64,000 nt of DNA from Vicugna vicugna (lineage: Eukaryota): contig MU058781.1 in NCBI GenBank assembly GCA_013265495.1, forward strand, positions 6,228,522-6,292,521. The letters run 5' to 3'. Shown one piece after another: positions 42,960-56,625 of the stretch; positions within the stretch are counted from its first letter, which is position 1; every line of letters begins with the position of its first letter. A program made the position numbers and the translations under genes. Under the pieces are notes generated by a model that saw only the letters and a list, made by a program, of their open reading frames with translations, had not been told where the DNA came from and ran no database searches.

Positions 42960-45900
42960 ATTTCATCCATAAAATGTTTAGTATGTATTTCCAAAAGATC
43001 AGGATTCTTCAAAAATAACCATAAACATCTCATAAATCCCAATACATTAACAGTAATTCCTTAATACCATCAACTATCTAGTATCCAATACTCACATTTC
43101 CAATTATTTCCTAAATATATTAATGTGTGATAGGATGGGAGCCCAGAAGGCATGTCCTAATAAAGTACTAAAAGAATAAAACTGACAGTAAGTGAAGCAT
43201 TAAAAAATATATAGATAGGTATCTATATCTATGTATATCAATGTGTGCATTTTGGGTTTTTTAAATTGAAGTAGAGCTGACTTACAGTATTGTGTTAGTT
43301 TCTGGTGTACAGCATAATGATTCAGTTATACATATATATCCTTTTTCATATTCTTTATCATTATAAGATATTGAATATAGTTCCCTTTACTAAACAGTAG
43401 GACCTTGCTGTTTATCTATTTTGTATATAGTACTTAGTATCTGCAAATCCCAAACTCCTAATTTATTCCTCCCCGCTCCTTTCCCCCACTGGTAACCGTA
43501 AGTTTGTTTCCTATGTCTGGGAGTCTGTTTCTGTTCATTTTCACAAGTTGTTTATTGGAATCAAAATCCAAATGAAGGCCATCGAAGGCAGTGGTTACTA
43601 TGTCACTTGTCTGCCTCTTGTGATCTGTTGGTCCTCTTCCATTACTTTATTTCCTTGAATGTGTTATTGTTCTTGTGGGAAAAGCCTGGTGATTTGTGTC
43701 CCTGTTCAGATTTGCTCATTGTGTCTTCGTGGCATTTTAACATGTTTCTTTCTCTTTTGTGACTTCCTGTAAATGGCTAGTTGGACCCATAGGCTTGACA
43801 AGATTCAGGACGAATCTTTTAAGCCTGCTTTATAAGGGTGGTGTGATCTTCCATGTGAATAAATATAATATTTAGTTGTTTCTTTGGGTGATGCGGGCAG
43901 CCACTGATGATTAATACGTAGCTCCATTAATTCATTAAGAGATGTAAAGTGACAATAGTCTATCAATCCTTGTTCACTTATTAGCAGGAATAATTCTATA
44001 AAGAGAAACTTTCTCTCACCTACTGTTTTGTTATCCAGTACAGTTCAAATAGCAACATCAGGGTAAATGCTTGATTATTTCCTTTTGCTTCTTGGCTTCA
44101 AATTGACGTGTTGGCTCGCCAGCATTCTCCAAAGGTTATCTACTGGTAATTAGCCTGAGTTGATTTTTTTGCTTTTTGTACTATTATGAACTTGTAGCTT
44201 TTAACATATTTTATGTGTTTCAACCCATTGCAATTATACTTAATAATATTAAAATTGCTCAATCTTTAGCCAGGGAGAGCCTCTTCAGTTTGGCCCTGAG
44301 GGCCTTTTGAGATGCCTTAGTAAAATGTCTTTACCATCTTCCTTTCTTCCTTGATTTCTGATCTGAAAATATGTTCCAGGTTTTTCCTGTTCATTTCCTG
44401 ACCCAGACCTGGAATCAGTCATGTCTCCAAGGAGCTCTTTCCTTACAGTGGGAAATGGAATTGCAAGATCACAGTCTGGCCACTCGGTATATACATTACT
44501 ATGAAGTGCATCATTATTTTCTTGGCTATTTCTGTAGACAGAACTGGAAAACTTTCTTAGAAAAAGATTTTGTTTTTTAATTGAAGTACAGTCAGTTACA
44601 ATGTGTCAGTTTCTGGTGTGCAGCACAATGTCCCAGTCATGCATATATATACATATATTCATTTTCACATTCTTTTTCATTAAAGATGATTATAAGATAT
44701 TGAATATAGTTCCCTGGGCTATACAGAAGAAACTTATTTTTTTATCTATTTTTATATATAATGGCTAACATTTGCAAATCTCAAACTCCCAAATTTATCC
44801 CTTCCCACCCCCTTTCCCCAGTAACCATAGATTGTTTATTATGTCTGAGAGTATGTTTCTGTTTTGCAGATGAGTTCATTAGTGTCCTCTTTTTTCTGAA
44901 AAAGTTTTTTTCTAATTTTTAAAAGATAAAATGCATCATGGGAACATACTGATACTTCCAATTCAAATTTAGGAGGAAAGAGTTTATTTAAATTTTTCTA
45001 TCTTAAATATATCCTTTCTCCCACACCAAACTAGTTGTCAGAGACACTAAAAGTGACAGAATTAGAATATCACACCATCACTCATTTGCTTTATCTAACA
45101 GTATACTCACAGCAGTCTTAGAGAAATAATGCCGCCACTTGCTGACAGTATGAATAGTGTAATCAGTGTTTAGATTTTTTCCCATTGTGTTTATCCTAAA
45201 GGTATATTCCACTGGGGGTGTACAGTTAAATTACTGTGTTTAAAGTCTCTTGGAATAGTTCCCTTTTGTGTAGTCATCTTTCAGAATGTAGATCTGAGAG
45301 GTCTGAGGAGGAACAAGCCAGAGCAGAGGCAAAGGACCAGCAGGGAGAAGGACCATTATTCTTCCCAAGAGCACAAAATGCTCTCACATCCAGCTTAACA
45401 TTATGCTCCTGGGTCCATCATTCAGTCCCTCTGGCTTCGCATTCCCCTGTTACCTCTCTCCATGCTCCACCATCTCAGCACTGCCTTCTAACATTTGAAA
45501 GTCAGGTCTCTGTGATATAGTTCTCTTTACCTAGTATGTGGGGATATGAATCAAGATGTATTTTTAAAGTTCATGTACCTTTTATATATTTTTTTTTATT
45601 GAAGTATAGTCAGTTTACAATGTTGTGTCAATTTCTGGTGTACAGCACAATGTTTCAGTCATATAGGAACATACATATATTTGTTTTCATATTGTTTTTC
45701 ACCATAAGTTGCTAAAGATAGTGAATATAGTTCCTTGTGTTATACAGTATAAACTTGTTGTTTATCTATTTTATATATATTATTTAGTATCTGCAAATCT
45801 CAAACTCCCAATTCATCCCTTCCACCCCCCTTCCCCCATGGTAACCATAAGTTTGTTTTCTATGTCTGTGAGTCTGTTTCTGTTTTGTAAACAAATTTTT

Positions 45901-48900
45901 TTTTCTTTTTTTGACTTAGAATGACATTCTCCAGGTCCATCCATGTTGCTGCAAATGGCATTATTTTATTATTTTTATGGCTGAGTAGTATCCCTTTTTT
46001 AAAAAAAAAATTTATTTTTAGAGCACTTTTAGGGTCACAGCAACACTGAGCAGAAGATACAGAGATTCACATATATCTCCTGCCCCTATGCTTGCACAGC
46101 CTCCCCCATATCAACATCCCCAAGACAGAGCGGTACATTTGTTGCAATAGATGAACGTATGCTGGCACATCATTATCCAAAGTCTATAGTTTACATCATT
46201 GTCCACAACTGGTATTGTGCATACTATGGGTTTGAGCAAACGTGTAATCACATGTATCCACCACTATAGTATCATATAGAGTAGTTTTACTGCCCCAGAA
46301 ATCCTCTGTGCTCTACCTCAGCATCCCTTCCTGCCCGCTAACCCCTGGCAACCACTAATGTTTTTACTGTCTCCATAGTTTTGCTTTTTTCAGAATATCA
46401 TATACTTGGAACCCTACAGTATGTAGCCTTTTCAGATTGGCTTCTTTCACTTAGCAATATGCATTTAATTTTCCTCCATGTCTTTTCATGGCTTGATAGC
46501 TCCTTCTTTTAAGTGCTGAATTAAATTCCATTGTTTTGACGTGCCACAATTTATTTATCCATTCACCTATGAAGGACATCTTGGTTGCTTCCAACTTTTG
46601 GCAATTGTGAATAAAGCTGCTATAAACATCTGTGCATAGGTTTTTACAGGAACATAAGTCTAAACTCTTGGGTAAATACCAAGGAGTGTGATCGCTGGAC
46701 TGCATGGTTAAGAGTATGTTTAGTTTTGAAAGAAACTGTCAAACTGTCTTCCCAAGTGGCTGTACCATTTTGCAGTTCCACCAGCAATAAATGAGACATC
46801 CCCCCCCCCCATTGCTCTACAAACTTGTCAGCATTTGGTGTTGTCAGCGTTCTGGATTTGGGCCATTCTAATAGGTGTGTAGTGGTAACTCTTTGTTTTA
46901 ATTTGCATTTCCCAGATGATACATGATGTGGAGCATCTTTTCATATGCTTATTTGCCATCTGTATTATCTTTTTTGGTGAGATGTCTGTTAGGGTCTTTG
47001 GCTTATTTTTAAATCAGGTGTTTTTTTTTTTAATTGTTGAGTTTTAAATGTTCTTTGTATATTCTGGATAATAGTTCTTTATCAAAAATGTCTTTTGCAA
47101 ATATTTTCTCCCAGTCTGTCTTTTCATTCTCTTGACAATGTCTTTGGAGAGAAGAAGTGTTTAATATTAATGAAATCTAGCTTATCAATTCTTTCTTTCA
47201 TGGATCATGTCTTTGTTGTTGTATCTAAGACGTCATTGCCAAACCCAAGGTCATCCAAATTTCCTACTATGTTATCCTCGAGGAGTTTTAGAGTTTTGTG
47301 TTTTGCATTTAGATCTGCAATTTATTTTGAGTTAATTTTTGTGAAGGGTATTAGGCTTTTGTCTAGATTCATTTTTTTGGATGTGGATGAACAGTAGTTC
47401 CAGCACTGTTTGCTACAAGGATTACCTTGGCTCCATTACATTGTCTTTTGCTCCTTTGTCAAAGATCAATTGACTATATATATGGGTGTGTATTTCTGGG
47501 CTCCATTCTGTCCCATTGATCTATTTATCTTTTGTTTCTCCAATACCACACTGTATTTTTTATATAAACTTTTTTTTACTGAGTTATAGTCATTTTACAA
47601 TGTTGTGTCAAATTTCAGTGTAGAGCACAATTTTTCAGTTATGCATGAACATACATAGATTCGTTGTCACATTCTCTTTCGCTGTGAGCCACCACAAGAT
47701 CCTGTATGTATTTCCCTGTGCTACACAGTACAATCTTGTTTATCTATTCTACATTTTGAAATCCCAGTCCCTTCCCCCCCCCCCCCGTCCCCCTGGCAAC
47801 CACAAATTTGTATTCTATGTCTATGAGTCTGTTTCTGTTTTGTGTTTTTGTTTTTTGTTTTTTGTTTTTAGATTCCACACACTGTCTTGATCACTGTAGC
47901 TTGACAGTAATGTTGAAGTCAGGTAGTGTCAGTCCTCCAATTTTATTCTTGCCCTTGAATATTGTGCTGCCTATTCTGAGTCTGTTGCCTCTCCCCATAA
48001 ACTTTATTTATTTTTTTTAAGACACTATGGGAAAAATCAGAAGAGTCCCTGTAAACTTTAGAGTCAGTTTGTTGATATTCACAAAATAACTTAATGAGAC
48101 TTTACCTAGGGTTGCTTTGAATCAATAGATCAAGTTGGGAAGAACTGATGTCTTGATATATTGAGTCTTCCTATTCATGAACATGGAATGTATCTCCATT
48201 TATTTAGTTCTTCTTTGATATCCTTTTGATGCAGTCACCTTATTTCTGATAAGTAACTCACCCAAAGAAGGAAAAAACATATATGCAACATTGATTTTAA
48301 TAATTCATGGCTACAAGATAGTTCTGACACTTCAGAATCAATAAAAAATTTCCTAGGAAATACTCATAATGTAGATTCTATTTCTGGCTTTAAAGTACGT
48401 TTAGCTGACCACCAATTAGATTGGGCAACTTCTCATTTGTCTATTGACTTTTAATTTCCTTTTCTTGTGAGGTGCCTGATTACGTGGAATTTTTCCTCAT
48501 TTTTTTCTGTGAGTTCTCAGTCCTTTCCTTATTGATTTGTAGGAATTTTTAATATATTAAAGATACTAGATTTTTTGGTAATACATGTTGCAGTTATGTT
48601 TTGTTTTTTTCTATTCTCTTTAGGTATTTTTTTCCCCTTTTCAGTTTATATCTTCTGATTAACAGGATTCTTTATTTAATTAAAGTTAAATTTATCAACC
48701 TTTTCCTTACTGATTAAGAAATTCTTCATTACTCTTGAATCATCGATATCCTCCTGTCTTCTTCATGCTTTATAATTTTGCCTTTCACATTTAGGTCTCT
48801 TCTCTACCTGGAGTTGGTTTTTATGTATGATGTGAGGCAGGGATCCACTTTCACTTTTTTCTATATAGATACCTACTCGTTTCTGGATTACCATTTGAAA

Positions 48901-49985
48901 GGTCCATTTCCTCCTCTGATATACAAAACCACCTGCGTCACATATCAACTATCTGTATGAGTATATCTCTGTTTCTTGGGTCTCTTCCATCAATCAGTCT
49001 GTTTACTATTCCTGCATCAATACCACTCCACCTGATCACTGTGCCTTTTTACCATATGGGAGGACAAATTCACCCCTTGTGTTTTTCAAGAGTGTTTTGG
49101 TCTTTTTTCATCATTTGCATTTCCATACACTTGAGAAGCAGTGAATCAATTTCAATAAAGTATCAGCTTCAATTTTCATTAGAATTGGAAGAACTATAGT
49201 TCAATTCAGGGACAACTGGCATGTTTATATAATACTAAATCTTCCAATTCATAAACATGGTATAGCTCTCCATTTATTTAATCTCCTTAATGCTCAATAA
49301 AGTTTTATTATTTTCTCCATAAAAATCTCTTGCACAGCAGTTGTTAGATTTAGTCCCAGGTGTGCTTAGTGTTCATGATAAAAGTATTCTTTTTCTTACC
49401 TCACTTTCTGGTTATTTGTAGCCAGCACACAAAATACAAGTAAACGTTTCATGTTGATTTTGTATCCAGCAACCTTGATAAGCTCTTTTATTAACTCTAA
49501 TAATTTATCTGTGTATTCTTTTGTATTTTATGCAGACACTGTCATATCATTTACAAATAATGACACCTTATTTCTTATTTTTCAATCTTAATATCTTTAT
49601 TTATTTTTGTCTAACTCTGACTTGAATCTCTGGTAAATGTAAGTGGTGATAGTGGATCTCTTTGATCCTAAACAAAGAGAAAGTTTCCTTTTTTTTTTTT
49701 TAAGATTTTTTTAGATACTCAGATGAATGTAAGAAAGTCTCTTTCTATTCATAATTTTCTAAAAATATCTTTTATATTATTATTATTATGAGTGGATGCA
49801 GAATTTTATCAAACCTGTGGGGTTTTTTTACCCCATCAAGAAAATACGATGAATCTCTTGTAAGAATTTAATGTGGTGGATTACTGCAGTTGACTTTGCT
49901 AATGTTAAATTACCTTGTATTCCTAAGACAAACATAACTTGGTCATAATGTACTGCCATTTTAAAATATTAATGGATTTGATTTT
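42960..49985 (-). mobile_element. Nested L1 cluster: old L1M pieces interrupted by younger L1 3' ends (~43258-43535, 44575-44895, 45590-45990, 47565-47878)
   Basis: Nearly continuous antisense L1 3'UTR/ORF2 motifs; TSD CACACTGT flanks the 47555-47877 insert. Confidence 0.85.
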
Positions 49986-50002
49986 TGTAGAAATTTACAT
50001 AT

Positions 50003-51165
50003 TTCATTCATTCATTCTCTTAGCAAATATTTATTGAGCACTTACAATGTGCCAGGCATAGTTCCACATCAACAAAACAAACCAGGATGCTTACCCTCCT
50101 GGAGCATAAATTTTAGCAGGGAGAGACAGAAAAGAATAACTAAACATAGTTGATAAGTCTTACTCAGTGTGTTAGAAGATGAAAAGAGCTATGGAATAAA
50201 GAAAAATGGAGCTGAAGGTGGAGGAGGGGAGAGCCAGGGATAGGTAGGGAAGGTGCAGTGGAATGAATAAGATGATAAGAACAGGACTTGTTGAAAAGAT
50301 AACAGCTAAGAAAAGAGTTAAAATAGATAAGGGTCATTAGCCGTGTGGATATCTGGAATAGGGAAGAGCAAGAATAAGGGTAAACTGGCCAGTGCAGCTG
50401 AACTGGAGTAGCAATGGGAGGACCAGTAGGTGAGTTGGTCAAGAAAGCTAAAGGGCTAGACCATGTAGGGTTCAGTAGACTATTGATCGATTTGGGATTC
50501 TCTGGGTGAAATGGGGAGGCACTGAGGGTTTTGAGCAGAGGTCTGAAACGATCTGACTTGTACCTTAAAGGGACCACTCTGGCAGCTATGTTGGGAGTAG
50601 ACCGTAAGACAGCAAGCATGGAAACAGCGAAGACTATTAAAATAATCCAGGTGTGAGGTGGTGATGGTTCAGGCAAGGGTGATAACAGTGGAGACGGTGA
50701 GAAGAGTTTAGATTCTGGACATGTTCTGAAGGCTGAGACCACAGGATTTTCTGATGGATTAAATGTTGGGGTGGGGGGAAAATTAAAACTATCTCCAAAT
50801 TTTTTTTTGCATGTGAGGTTGGAAGAATGGTTAATGAGCGTTTAAAATCCCACATTCATTTTGGTACATGTTGAGTTTGAGGTTTCTACTAGACAGCCAA
50901 GTAGCTTTGTCAACCAGGTAGTTGGATCTTGACATTGGGAGAGAAGTCCAGGCTAGCAACGTAAATTTAGGAGTTCTCAGGATATGGATGGTATTTTAAG
51001 TTAACAGTCTCGGTGAGATTACCAAGGAGGTGTATGTACATAAAAACAAGAAGAGAGGATCCAAGTGTTCCCCCGATGAACCCGAACATTAAGGCTTTGA
51101 GGAGAAGAGGAGGAATTTGCAAAAGAGACAAGGAATGAATAGAGTGTGAGGGAGGTGGAGAACCA
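50003..51165 (-). mobile_element. L2a fragment (~1.1 kb)
   Basis: TTCATTCATTCATT..AAATATTTATTGAGCACTTAC..GATCTGACTT..TAATCCAGGTGTGAG. Confidence 0.9.
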
Positions 51166-54100
51166 TGTTGGGGGCTAGGGCTTCAGCATATGAATCTGGA
51201 GGTCGGGGGCATGGGCAGGAAATTTAGCCATAACAGAATGAGAAGCTCCTAGGAGTCTCCCTACCTTAGGGGAATCCTGCCTTTGGCATCTGTCCCTGTA
51301 GCATCAGAAAACTGTCAAAACGAAAGCCTACATTTACCTGGCTCAGCAAATGCCCTCAGGGCACAAGTGTTTTAAGTGCTTGGTTCCTATTTCGATTTAG
51401 ATTTTAACCCATTAATTTATTATCTTGTCAGCTTTTTCATGTTTTAATAACGTAGCCTGGCATAGTATCAGTGTCACAAATTATATTCTACTAAATGTTA
51501 CATAGTAAATGTAAGAGCAATTTGTCATTTTCATAAGAGCATTTTTCCTACTATATTTGTGTTGTGTTTTTATTTTATTTTTCAACATACAGAGATATAA
51601 TGATCAAGCTTATTTTGCAGGGCCTTGAGCCCTGAGCACGGAGCCAGTCACAAAATGGGAGTTCTTTAAATATGTGTTGAAAAAAATAAATAAATGAATG
51701 CTCTTTCTAATTACGTGGTCAAATATGCTATACTTTTCCATTGTGAATTTTCCTATGTACAGGCTCCAATGTTAAGAAAGTTATTCCTATCATTCATACA
51801 TTAAATGTAAGATATATTCTGGAGTAAGAAAAATTAATTAGTGTTTCTAAAACATGGTAGTAACAAATATAGGTGAAATAAATACATACCTTAACTGTAC
51901 TTAGCCAACCTGACCACATGCCAGGCTTCTGAAGACATAGTCAAAGACCTCAATATGGGTGAAGAACACCTTGGATTAGGTTTTTCTTCTCTCTTAAAGT
52001 CAGTCAATCATACTGGCAGATGGGCCTGAGTACCACTGAAGGCATTACACAAATTTACTTATTCAGAACTTTTTTCCAAGCTATTTCCAAGGACCTGAAC
52101 CTTGGAAACACCAAACCAGTTTTAGGACATGGTAAAGGAATTCACTTCTCAGAGTCCTCTCCCAGCTTCCTCCCTCACGTTTCCCATTGGCAGTGCCTAA
52201 AGAACGAGGGGAACAGTAAATCTCCATCTTAGCGATGGTGACCGGTACTCAAAGCATCAGCTCCCTCACTTGCAAAAGTCTTGGGAGCACGTTCCCTGTT
52301 TATGCCAGTGACCTTCCTCATGTTCAGAACTTGAACAGCTGTGCAATATATATAACAGAATGGAGAGTAACATGACACACATTTCAAAGAGAAGATTGGA
52401 AAGGGATATGGAGCCAACCTTCCTTCCAGCTCTACATGGCTGTGCTTCTTTGCGTCTGTAGCTTAAAAATAACAAAAGGGGCCAGCGTGGGGCACGATGG
52501 AGGAGGCTGTCTTAGGGGAAATTATTTTGACTCCCTCAAGTTAAAGCCTGGAATAAAGAATAAAACGTTTAAGGAAAAAAAAAAGTTTACTGATAAAGAC
52601 TCTTAGTGAATGGTATAATTATTTTCTCTCTGAATTTGAAACAGAATGTTTTAAGAGGTACTAACCACTCCACTTAATACATTTTAAAATGATTATAGAT
52701 TTATTTATTGGTACCCTTGAGATCTAGGATGTGTGTATGACTTTGTGTCTTCAAGGCCTGATACAGGGCTACACATGTAATAGTCACTCAATTTATGTGG
52801 TGTAAAGTTAATAAATTGAGACAGTCTCAAGAGTGACAGAGGATATGAATGTGTTGGGTATACACATCTGTAATTAAAACTGCATTTATGGAGTACCCAT
52901 TGTATACAGCACACTGCTCAAGGGGTTGAGACTTGGAGGAGATAACACAGGTCTCAAGCAGAGTGAAGACCCTGGGCTCTGTGACAGGTTAATGACAGAG
53001 TGTAAGCCTATTTTAAATCATCATTTTAAAAGCTAAATTAAATAAACTCTTTTCTCCGTCAATGAAAGAATACCCCTGCCTGTCGATTACACATTGAGCT
53101 CATCTCTGGCCTCCAGAGCTAGAAAATCAAGGTTCAAGGCAAGGACCCCCGTTGTGGGCCTGGCACCCCCCCCCCCTACTGGCGCCATCTTGCCCGTCAC
53201 GCACCTCCGTTAATCTGGATGCAAGTACGTGCTGCTTGCTGAGATTGCTACAACAGCTAGATGAGGCTCTGGAAGACACAGTCCCACACTTGTATTATCC
53301 TTGTCTCTGAAACACGCTCCCTCTTTCTAATAGTGTCGCAGGAAAATGGTTATGTTGTTTTGCCATTATTAAGCTGTCAGTGCTGCTCAGTGGAAAACAC
53401 AAAGAGCATACAAATACATGACTATATTCAAATAATTTGGAAATAGGTTTATTTTTCTCTTACTATAGGAGGAACACAGGGACTTATTTCTACCACACTC
53501 CACCCAGTTTTACCCACTAGCCAATTTCTGGGATATAAAACTAGTTGTTGTTGTTTGCCATCGACTTTTTGTTTTTAGAGAAAGTATGTTTTGAGTGGAA
53601 GCATGGGGAAGTCATTTTACCAATAGCAAGAGAAATCTTGTTTCCAGAATTCAAATGGGCACTGATGTGGAAATGTGGCGAAGGGACACAGATTTTCTTG
53701 TCTGTAAAACTCTGGTGAGGGGAGGGGGTTCTAGTTTGACTTGAAGTCCCCTTCCTGCTCTAGAATTCTAAAACTCTGTGATTTGAATGAAGAAAGTGGT
53801 AAGAAGAAAAGACAGGTACGAAGAAGTTTGGCCTACCTCCAGGGATGACTGTGATTTCTCTGTCTTAACTACAGCAGCACAAGGCTGACCAGGAAGGACC
53901 GAGACCTAAAAGTAGAGCTAGTTTCTGCCCATCTGTAGGGTGAGAAAAGGCCCTGGAGGGATGTACCTTGCTATGTGGGGGTATGGAGGTGGCAGAGACA
54001 GGAAGCAGACTGGGCAGACAGTACAAAGTGGATATCAGAGGGTTCTACCACAGAATTAGTGAGTCTCTGATAGCAGATGAAGAACAGAGACTGGGAATCC

Positions 54101-56299
54101 AAGAGCTGTGAATTTTCAGAGATCCAAGCCAAATGAGGGGGAAAGTGGTGTTAAAGAAGTTGTCTGGGACTTAGGTTGACTCAAAAAAGATGGAATCTGC
54201 TTTTGCTGGAACCCAACAGAACTGGTTTCAGGGTAGACCTCCAGGCCTCAGGAAGAGGAAAAGACCAGTTTTCAAAAGTAGACATAAGAAAAGCTGGGTG
54301 TCTCAGCCTGTGACAATCAACAACACATTTTTTGTTACATTAAACTACTGAGAATTTGAACTTTGTTACTGAAGCATCACCTAGCCTTACCCTGACTCAC
54401 ACGGTCCCTGGGGAAAATGGGGAAGTGATTCTCCTATTCTTCTTACTGGAAAACTGTGCACAGGGAGGAAAGACTATGATACTTCTTTAGAAATCAACTC
54501 AGAAAGGTTACCTTCCCACTTGATGGGAGCTGCAAAGACAGATGAGATATGAACGTGGTGAGGAAAGATAATTTTGTATCTCTGAGGTCCCCACTGATTT
54601 CCGGACTAGTGCCTTCTGTGACCAACTTCTCAGTAAACCCTACTGCACTTCTGGAGTCCTTCCCGGGCAGAATTCTGTGCTGACTTGGAGAAAGGCATGG
54701 CAATACTTTGGATGAAGCCACAAGTCTTAATCTGCTTAATGATTTCAACACTGCCTTCTCATTTATTCAATAGATCCTGAAGACTTTCCACAGCACTAGG
54801 CTGCCTCCAATTTTCCGGGGTCTTTTTGTCAAGGCCGGGTGCTTCAAAGAAAAATTGACCTCTGGGCTCTAGGCTCTCAGGATTTCAAAGTAGTGCTACA
54901 GAATACAGCATCCAGTCAAAAGGACATTTCTTTTCACTGTTACATAAACAATAGCCAGGGGTACATTAAAACAGATGAGATCTCAAAATCAACCCTTTTA
55001 ACTTAAAACTAAGAACTTTCCTTAAAGACCTGATGAGATAATGTTTTGGAAACCCCTATTGGGTAATGTATTTGAAAGTGTTTTTTGAACCATTTATTTT
55101 TTGCTACTATCCACAGAAAGGTGCTCTCCTTTGGCTTTAGAGAAAGGGGAGGATATTCACCTGATTTTTAAGATGATTTCACCCCAATAACCATTTAGAA
55201 TTACCGTCATGCAGCCGGCTGCCTCTTAGTCGCCTTTGTCTTTATTTGATGGAGCTGTGGATGTCCCCTCACTGCCCGTTTCTGTTTCAATAGCGTGCAA
55301 TCTGATTACTACGTGAGTTTTATTTTTTAAGCCCCAAACCCCAGCATTTCGCCCATGGGTTTCTTTATCCCATCTAAGGAGCCCTGGCAGACTGGAGCCA
55401 TTTTTCCCTCTGACAGACCTTTAAATGATTCTTCCTGCCTTTGTCACATAATTAAAATTAGATTACTTTAACTCCCTGCTGGCTGGCCCGAGTGGGGGCC
55501 CTTGTAAAGCCTCCAGCTGGCTGAGGGGCCTTTGAAAGGAGGAATATGGTCCAAACACACTCAGCCACTGCCTCCCCCCACCCGCAGCCAGGGAGCCCTT
55601 GTGTTTCTTGCCAGCTTGACAAGATTTACCGCGAGTTTATCAATGGCTGCTTATTTTCTAAGGGCGGGATTTTGTATTCTAAAGACTTGGAGTCAGAGAT
55701 TGGTTATGTTCGTTTCTAAAGGAGCTGAAGCTGTTCTAATCCCCATTTTCCAGCACCCGGAGAGCTCACCTCTGCCCGGCAGCCCAGCTGAAATGGACCA
55801 GAAAGATCAAGCTGCTGAGTGAATTCGTTGTCATACATGTTTGCTTCCAAATACTTGTTTTGTTTCTCAGCCAAGGCTGAATGCAAAATCCCTTCTCTCT
55901 TCTCTGGGCTCTTCTTTAAACCTCCCCCCCCCTCCCCCGGGCTACCGGTACACTCCCTGGCTGCATTTCTAAGCTCAGCCTTGGTTAGGTTTCCACACAC
56001 AGCAGCGGTGAGAGCTCCCAACCCTGTAGAGAGCACCAAACAGCTCTTCACAGTACACCTACTCCTGCTGAATTTTTGACACCTGGATCATCTCTCGCCT
56101 TCTCAATTTCCCTAAAAAAATAGAGAAGCAGGACATATAAAGTCCAGTGTTACTCTCCATCAAGGAATCTCAGCTCCCTCCACTAAAAGAACAGCCCTTG
56201 GTCACCCTCCTTCACAGCCTTTCCCTGGATCATTTTATCCGCCCATCACTCTGCCTGTCGTTTACCCACCCGCTTTCTATTCTACAGCGCAGCCGCGAG

Positions 56300-56495
56300 C
56301 GAGGGTTTGAACTTGATCAGAAGTGCGCTAGATTCCTGTGTCCGCAACTTACTGGGGCTGTGACCTTGAGCAAATAAATGACTTGATGTCTCTGCACTTT
56401 AGTCTCTTACCATAAAATTAGGAATAATAGTATCCACCTCCAATGGCTGTAGGGAGGATTGGGAATAACACAATTAATGCCTGGCTTATAGCAGG
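56300..56495 (+). mobile_element. MIR SINE
   Basis: CTTACTGGGGCTGTGACCTTGAGCAA..AATAATAGTATCCACCTC. Confidence 0.75.
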
Positions 56496-56545
56496 TATGG
56501 CTTTTATGCTTTAACTTTGCTTCTCAACAGAGTAGAGAAATTGCA

Positions 56546-56625
56546 GGGGTTTTTTAATGAAGGTACTGGGGACTGAACCCAAGGCCTCGCGCATGCGCTC
56601 TGCCACCAAGCCGCGCCATCCCCCT
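56546..56625 (-). mobile_element. Short Vic-1-type SINE with TSD
   Basis: GGTACTGGGGACTGAACCCA..; TSD GAAA(T/C)TGCA at 56537-56545 and 56626-56634. Confidence 0.75.

Noticed and set aside
50164..50742. 192-aa ORF
   Set aside because: It lies entirely within a decayed L2.
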